Source: Octopus vulgaris (Eukaryota). From it: a stretch of DNA of 64,000 bases. This document shows, in pieces, positions 57,460 to 64,000 of this stretch. Location: the NCBI GenBank assembly GCA_951406725.2, contig OX597824.1, positions 28,024,001 to 28,088,000 on the forward strand, read 5' to 3'. A program made the position numbers and the translations under genes. The notes under the pieces were generated by a model. It saw only the letters and a list, made by a program, of their open reading frames with translations, did not search any database and had not been told where the DNA came from. Each line of letters begins with the position of its first letter. Position 1 is the first letter of the stretch.

Positions 57460-57683
57460 ATGTATGTATTATCATATTTCCCAGAGTTTTTCCTGCTTCT
57501 TTTTCTTATTATGTTGTATTCTATTAATTGTGATTTTCTATTACGATATTGGCTATTTTCGTTAATGTTTTTACTCTCTATCTTTCACTCAGTCAACACA
57601 CACTCATATTTTTATACTTTAGTTCTTACAGTTCCCATTCTGTGGGCATCCTAGGCTTCAATATTTGCACACACACACACACA

Positions 57684-57748
<65 letters not shown>

Positions 57749-57789
57749 CGAGAAGGGGAGAGAGGAGGGGCGATAGAATGATAGATGTG

Positions 57790-58060
<271 letters not shown>

Positions 58061-58705
58061 ATGTTCATGTATGTATACATACACATGCATATAGTATTTA
58101 CAATGAATAAAAGAGGAACTGAAATTGATATTACGATAGATTCAGTAGATGAACATTATTTTTTGTTCTATATCATATATAAAGGTAAATAAGAGAATAT
58201 CTGTAATATTCTGTGCAATAAAATAATTAATGTTCGTTCACCTCGTCAGACATCTTTATTTGACAGAAATAACTTAAAGTTTATTGAACTACATAACAGG
58301 CTAACCAGCTGATACCTTAGATTATAATTATTCCCTGAAATTATATATATATGCATTTATATATATGCATATACGTATGTATGTGTGTTAATATGTGTGA
58401 GTGTGTTTATGCGCGTATAAATTAACCAATCGATTTGTATCTAAAGGGATAGCGTCCTAAGCCAACGATTGTTCTGTGTGTTCGCCATCTGTTCGTATGG
58501 AGATTCTGGCTGAGTGAATTGCGTCATATTACTGTTTCTTTTTCTCGGAGACGGTGTTCAGACGACCCTACTATACTGTGTACTCGAGAAATAAAAACAA
58601 AAAACAATGAACATGCGCGAAATTAAAATGAGAAATGTAGAGAGAGATGTGTACCCATGAACAAGCGTACAAATATACACGTATGTACATACATGTTTCT
58701 CTGTG

Positions 58706-58755
<50 letters not shown>

Positions 58756-58762
58756 ATATATG

Positions 58763-58819
<57 letters not shown>

Positions 58820-59929
58820 CACAGACACACACATATATATATATATACATTGATATATGGATGAGGAAGGAGGAGGAGGAGAGCTATAAAAGATAGACTG
58901 ATATCTTTGACAATGTGTGTATTTGTGCTTCTGTGTGTGTGTGTGTCTGTGTGTGTGTGTGTGTACGTCCTTTGAATTTATGTTTCTGAATGAATGACCG
59001 AATGACACCTTTCGTTATTGGATATCGGCAGCTTAGTAAATTAACTTTCTCTACCCATGGAGCATTACGAATTGGAATGGCATTGCATTCGCTCTAGACT
59101 ACGAGACTATAGCATCATTTTGTAAAGGAACTTATGATGTGATATCCCTGATATAATTGCCAGAAAATAATAGTTTTCACTCTGTAGATGTATTTTGCGT
59201 GATATTTCACGCTCGATAATCATAATTTGGCCTGGGAGTTGCACATGTCAAATCAAAAGTTTCATAGAAAGCATTTTAGCAACATGTAACTTCGTAAATA
59301 ATCAGTTATAATATGATATTCGCACTGGGATGAGTTTGCAATAATTTGAATTCAGGACTTAACATGAAGAAGAAAAAGCGTAAAGCATTTTTTAAACGCT
59401 TTAACAATTCTTCCTACCTACGACTTTTAACTGTAATGATTATAAAAGATCTGAAGTTGTCAATAATATCAACACAAATACTTTTCATTGATATATGCTA
59501 TCGATTGAAGAAGTTATTTTCTGATATGTTGGGAAACATACTTCTTTCCACACAGTCGCGGCTGTGTTGAAAGAAGTATGTTTCCCAACTACGAAGTTCA
59601 GGGTTGAGTCTTACTATGTAAGGCAAATAATATCTTCTAGGTTTACTAAATTAAGGCTGACAGGGTAGTAATCAACAAGAACAAATGTAACATTTGCTAA
59701 CACCATGCCTTTAAGATGGGTTTGCTTGTCGGGTATATAGCAATAGTCAGCAAACCGACTGTATTTTTGGAAATTTGGGTAGAAGTAGGATGCTAAGTTT
59801 CTTCTATTTGCAAAATATTTCATTCTCATCGACCAATTTACGAGTAGATATTGTACCAAACAGAATGTCGGACAATCCGCCTTTCACTGGTTGCAAATCA
59901 ACAACAAAATGAAGAATGTTAGTAATAAT

Positions 59930-60168
59930 ACTGATTTTAAATTTTGGTCCAAGGCTAGCAATTTCGGGTGAGTTGGGTAAGTCAATTACATTGCGACAGT
60001 GCTGAAATGGTACTTATTTTATCGACTCCGGACGGATTAAAGGTAATGTCGACCTCAAAGGAATTTGAACTCAGAATGTATAGACGGAGGGTAAGCGTTT
60101 GCCTAGCTTGCTTACAATTATGCTAGTCCGTTGCCTTAAGACAATCAGTGGTGATGATGATGATGATG

Positions 60169-60233
<65 letters not shown>

Positions 60234-60492
60234 CCTTTCTTCTAGAGTCATAAGGCCTGAAAGTTTTGGGGAGAGGGTTAGTCGAATAGCTTGACCTAGG
60301 TGCTTGACCGTTACTTAATTTATGAACCCCGAAAGAATGAAAGGCAAATTCACCATCGATGCAATTTGAACTCAGAATGTAAAGCCGAAAGAAGTGCTGC
60401 TAAGCATTTTCAACGGTGTACCAAGACAACAACAGCAACATCAACAACAACAACAATAATAATATTGTTATTTTTAGTACTACTACTACTAC

Positions 60493-60571
<79 letters not shown>

Positions 60572-60581
60572 TTTATTGTTG

Positions 60582-60642
<61 letters not shown>

Positions 60643-60647
60643 CATCA

Positions 60648-60700
<53 letters not shown>

Positions 60701-60895
60701 GAGGAGGGGGGGTTGATTACATCGATCCCAGTACTTGACTGGTACTTATTTCGAAAGAATGAAATGCAAACTCGACCTCGCCGGAATAGGAACTCGGAGC
60801 GTAAATAGGAAAGAAATGCGACTAAGCATTGCCCGGCGTACTAAAGATTTTGCTAAGCATTTCCCGACGCGCTATAGCGATTCTGCCAGCTCGTC
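59930..60895 (-). mobile_element. Three degenerate SINE A copies interleaved with AAT/ATT microsatellites
   Basis: GGTACTTATTT..GTCGACCTC..AATTTGAACTCAGAA-type motifs at about 59930-60140, 60235-60420 and 60700-60895. Confidence 0.75.
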
Positions 60896-60986
60896 ATCTT
60901 AACAACAAGAGCAGTAATATTAATAACAGCGATGATGATCTTGATGATGATCATGATGATGATCATGAGCTTACTATTACTACAAC

Positions 60987-61126
<140 letters not shown>

Positions 61127-61731
61127 GTAATAATAATAACAACAATAACTTCGATGATGGTGGTGATGATATGCAACTGTCGAAATAACAATAAGATATG
61201 GTTTTATAATAAGCCGACCTAAGCATGCCCGGTGGAAATATTTTCAACGATTTCAAGAAATGACTAAATATTTTATCTCACGCGGAGATAACTGTTATCT
61301 CGAGTGATAATTCGATAGTTTTATCAAATACCCACTAGTGATTACATTTATCTCTGTACGATGCTACCTGAATGAAACCTTACTTATGGATGTGAAGATC
61401 AACTTACACATTACGGATATATAGTTATACTTCTTCGCATCTATATGCATACACACAAACACACGCAGCAAACACGCCATATTTAAATCGTGTTTAATAA
61501 CTTCTTGCGCAAACCTGCTTCGGGCGATTTAATGGAATTTTAAGAAACAAAGAAATATTTCAAAAATCGGAAATGGCATTAATATAAGAATCTACAGGGA
61601 AATATATATCAATTGTGTAGTGAATGTATTCTTTAGGCGGAGAGATAGTGAAATCGGTAGATCCCCTCACAAAATTCATAGCCGGACTCAATATTGATCT
61701 AACTTGTAGTTGGTGGATGAAATGAATAATA

Positions 61732-62385
61732 GGCACAGTCGTGGCTGTGTGGTAACATCAATCTGGTTTGATTCCAAACCACATGGTTGCGGGTTCAGTC
61801 TCATTGCGTGGCATTATGGGCAAGGATTTCCTAATATATATATTTCTTTATTGCCCACAAGGGGCTAAACATAGAGGGGACAAACAAGGACAGACGAAGG
61901 GGTTAAGTCGATTACATCGACCCCAGTGCCTAACTGGTACTTATTTAATCGATCCCGAAAGGATGAAAGGCAAAGTCAACCTCGGCGGAATTTGAACTCA
62001 GAACGTAAGGGCAGACGAAATACCTATTTCTTTACTACCCACAAGGGTCTAAACACAGAGAGGACAAGGACAGACAAAGGGATTAAGTCGATTACATCGA
62101 CCCCAGTGCATAACTGGTACTTAATTTATCGACCCCGAAAGGATGAAAGGCAAAGTTGACCTCGGCTGAATTTGAACTCAGAACGTAACGGCAGACGAAA
62201 TATGGCTACGCATTTCGCCCGGCATGCTAACGTTTCTGCCAGCTCGCCGCCTGTATGGGCAAGTATTTCCTAATATAGCCGCAAGGCGAACAAAGTCTTA
62301 TGAGTGGACTTGGTAGGTGGAACCTGGAAAGAAACACTGGTAATCCAGCATGCTCGCAACACTCGAGCTGAAAGTAGTGAAATAA
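61732..62385 (+). mobile_element. SINE B host copy split by a SINE A dimer
   Basis: GTGGCTGTGTGGTAA..GGGTTCAGTC..GGGCAAG (61740-61838) resumes at 62254 with ..TGAGTGGACTTGGTAG. Confidence 0.8.
61839..62253 (-). mobile_element. SINE A tandem dimer (full copy plus headless second body)
   Basis: 24-bp TSD TATGGGCAAG[G/T]ATTTCCTAATATA at 61815-61838 and 62254-62277; internal junction near 62022. Confidence 0.88.
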
Positions 62386-62715
62386 AAATAGAAATAGGAT
62401 ACTTTGTTATAGACAGAATAGTTCAAATCCGGATCTGGCCTTGAATTTCACCAACCAGTGTTAGATTTCGAAATGTATTCAATGTTTATCGTTATCATTT
62501 ACTTGGATAAATAATTGTATTGCGGCTATGCTGGAGATCACCTTGAAGGGTTCTGTCGAAAAAATCGACCCCGGTACGGAATTTTAATTTTGGTACCTAC
62601 TTGCTTGAACTACTTTGACTAACTGCTAAGTTACAGTGCAGTAATCGAACCAATATCAGTTGTCAAGTTATGCACGCGCGCGCACATGCTCACACATGAG
62701 TACGCGCATGAGTAT

Positions 62716-62943
62716 GGCGAGCTGGCTGAAACGTTAGCGCGCCGGGCAAAATGCTTAGTGGTATTTCGTCTGCCGTTACGTTGTGAGTTCAAATTCCGCC
62801 GAGGTCGACTTTGCCTTTCATCCTTTCGGGGTCGATAAATTAAGTACCAGTTACGCACCGGGGTCGATGTAATCGACTTAATACCTATGTCTGTCCTTGT
62901 TTGTCCCCTCTATGTTTAGCCCCTTGTGGGTAATAAAAAAATA
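62716..62943 (+). mobile_element. SINE A, full length
   Basis: GGCGAGCTGGCTGAAACGTTAG..GAGTTCAAATTCC..GCCTTTCATCCTTTCGGGGTCGATAAATTAAGTACCAG..GTGGGTAATAAAAAA. Confidence 0.92.
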
Positions 62944-63052
62944 TATATATATCTATAACTGTCAGTATATATCTCTATCTATATATCTATATATCTCTGT
63001 CTCCCACCCTCTCTCTCTCTCTTTGCACGTATATATATATATATATATATAT

Positions 63053-63095
<43 letters not shown>

Positions 63096-63456
63096 TAGGT
63101 GTGGTGTGAAATTAAGGTATTTCCAGGGAAGCACTCGACTCGAATACTGGGCTATCAACAATGTCTGGTTCCCGGCCAAAATCTAACTTTCACGACGATT
63201 ATACTGTAACCTGGGTTTGGCGAAGAGAAAATAATTCAAGGGAAAGAAGAAGACGAAGCGAATTCTTTAACACATCTTTAATTATTATAAGTTACAATTG
63301 TTTCAGTACTATCTTCTTTTGCAACGCCAGTTTACGCAAAAATCTAAATGAAAATTCACGTAATGTTTCCGCATTGAGACAGGCACTTCGTCAGATTTGC
63401 ATCAAAGTGTGTTCTCGCACTGTGCATTCTTCAGGAGAGGAGGAAGTGTATTACAA

Positions 63457-63549
63457 ATCCAACAGCTGTTTCTGGGTGCTCGACTGTCCATAATAATGTT
63501 TGTAGATGGATTCCTTCATAGGATAAAATGAGCCTCTGTCTTCAGGGAT
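63457..63549 (-). ncRNA. Type-I hammerhead ribozyme motif (stem II base degenerate)
   Basis: Minus strand: AUCC-CUGAAGA-CAGAG-GCUC...GAGC-ACCCA-GAAAC-AGCU-GUU-GGAU. Stem I AUCC/GGAU, palindromic helix III. Confidence 0.65.
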
Positions 63550-63656
63550 GTTGAAATATATCTCTTTCTTGAAGACGGAGGCGCGCTTCATCCCATAATG
63601 GAATCAATTGACAAACAATATTATGGACCGCCGAACCCCATAAACAGCTGTTGGTC
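63457..63656. mobile_element. Head-to-head inverted pair of an HHR-bearing unit
   Basis: 63459-63548 versus the reverse complement of 63566-63654 align with roughly 19 differences in about 90 nt (by eye). Confidence 0.8.
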
Positions 63657-64000
63657 TATAGTACTTTTCCGCCATATCATTTCTAATTTGTATAAGCTGG
63701 AGCTTTTTCTATGGATACAAATATAGATATTTTCTATTTCATGTATTTAATACACTTGATCTGTCTAATTCGCTTATCTCTAAATTTGCCTATCTATATA
63801 TTTATATAAATTCTCATCCAAGATGTAGGCGTGTATAAAAGTCTCAATGTGGCAACCGTAATAATTGCAGAGCATTTGGGGCTAGAAAAAATGGTAGCCT
63901 TGCAGACTAACGAATTAATGGAATTTATCTACCAGTACATTGTTCAGTACGCACTCATTCTCACTGTTTGAAATTAATGCGCATGTATATATATATATAT

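Overview
AT-rich, microsatellite-saturated eukaryotic DNA. The SINE and microsatellite make-up resembles an Octopus (coleoid cephalopod) genome; this is an inference from the repeats only. No host protein-coding gene can be supported, and nearly all ORFs in the track are translated simple repeats. Recognisable content: (i) a 5'-truncated Penelope-like retroelement (PLE) with a GIY-YIG endonuclease ORF, a ~2.4 kb 3' region and a hammerhead ribozyme (HHR) near its 3' end; (ii) many tRNA-derived SINE copies of several modular families, some nested and with clear target-site duplications (TSDs); (iii) two non-autonomous Helitrons, a decayed Tc1/mariner (maT-like) transposase and MITE-like elements. 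The most notable signal is a set of at least six sequence-unrelated minimal type-I HHR motifs (CUGANGA...GAAAC-palindrome-GUH). Three occur as head-to-head inverted pairs, and one of those is the tail of a tRNA-headed SINE-like unit. Coordinates were read by eye, so element ends may be off by a few bases, more for degenerate copies.
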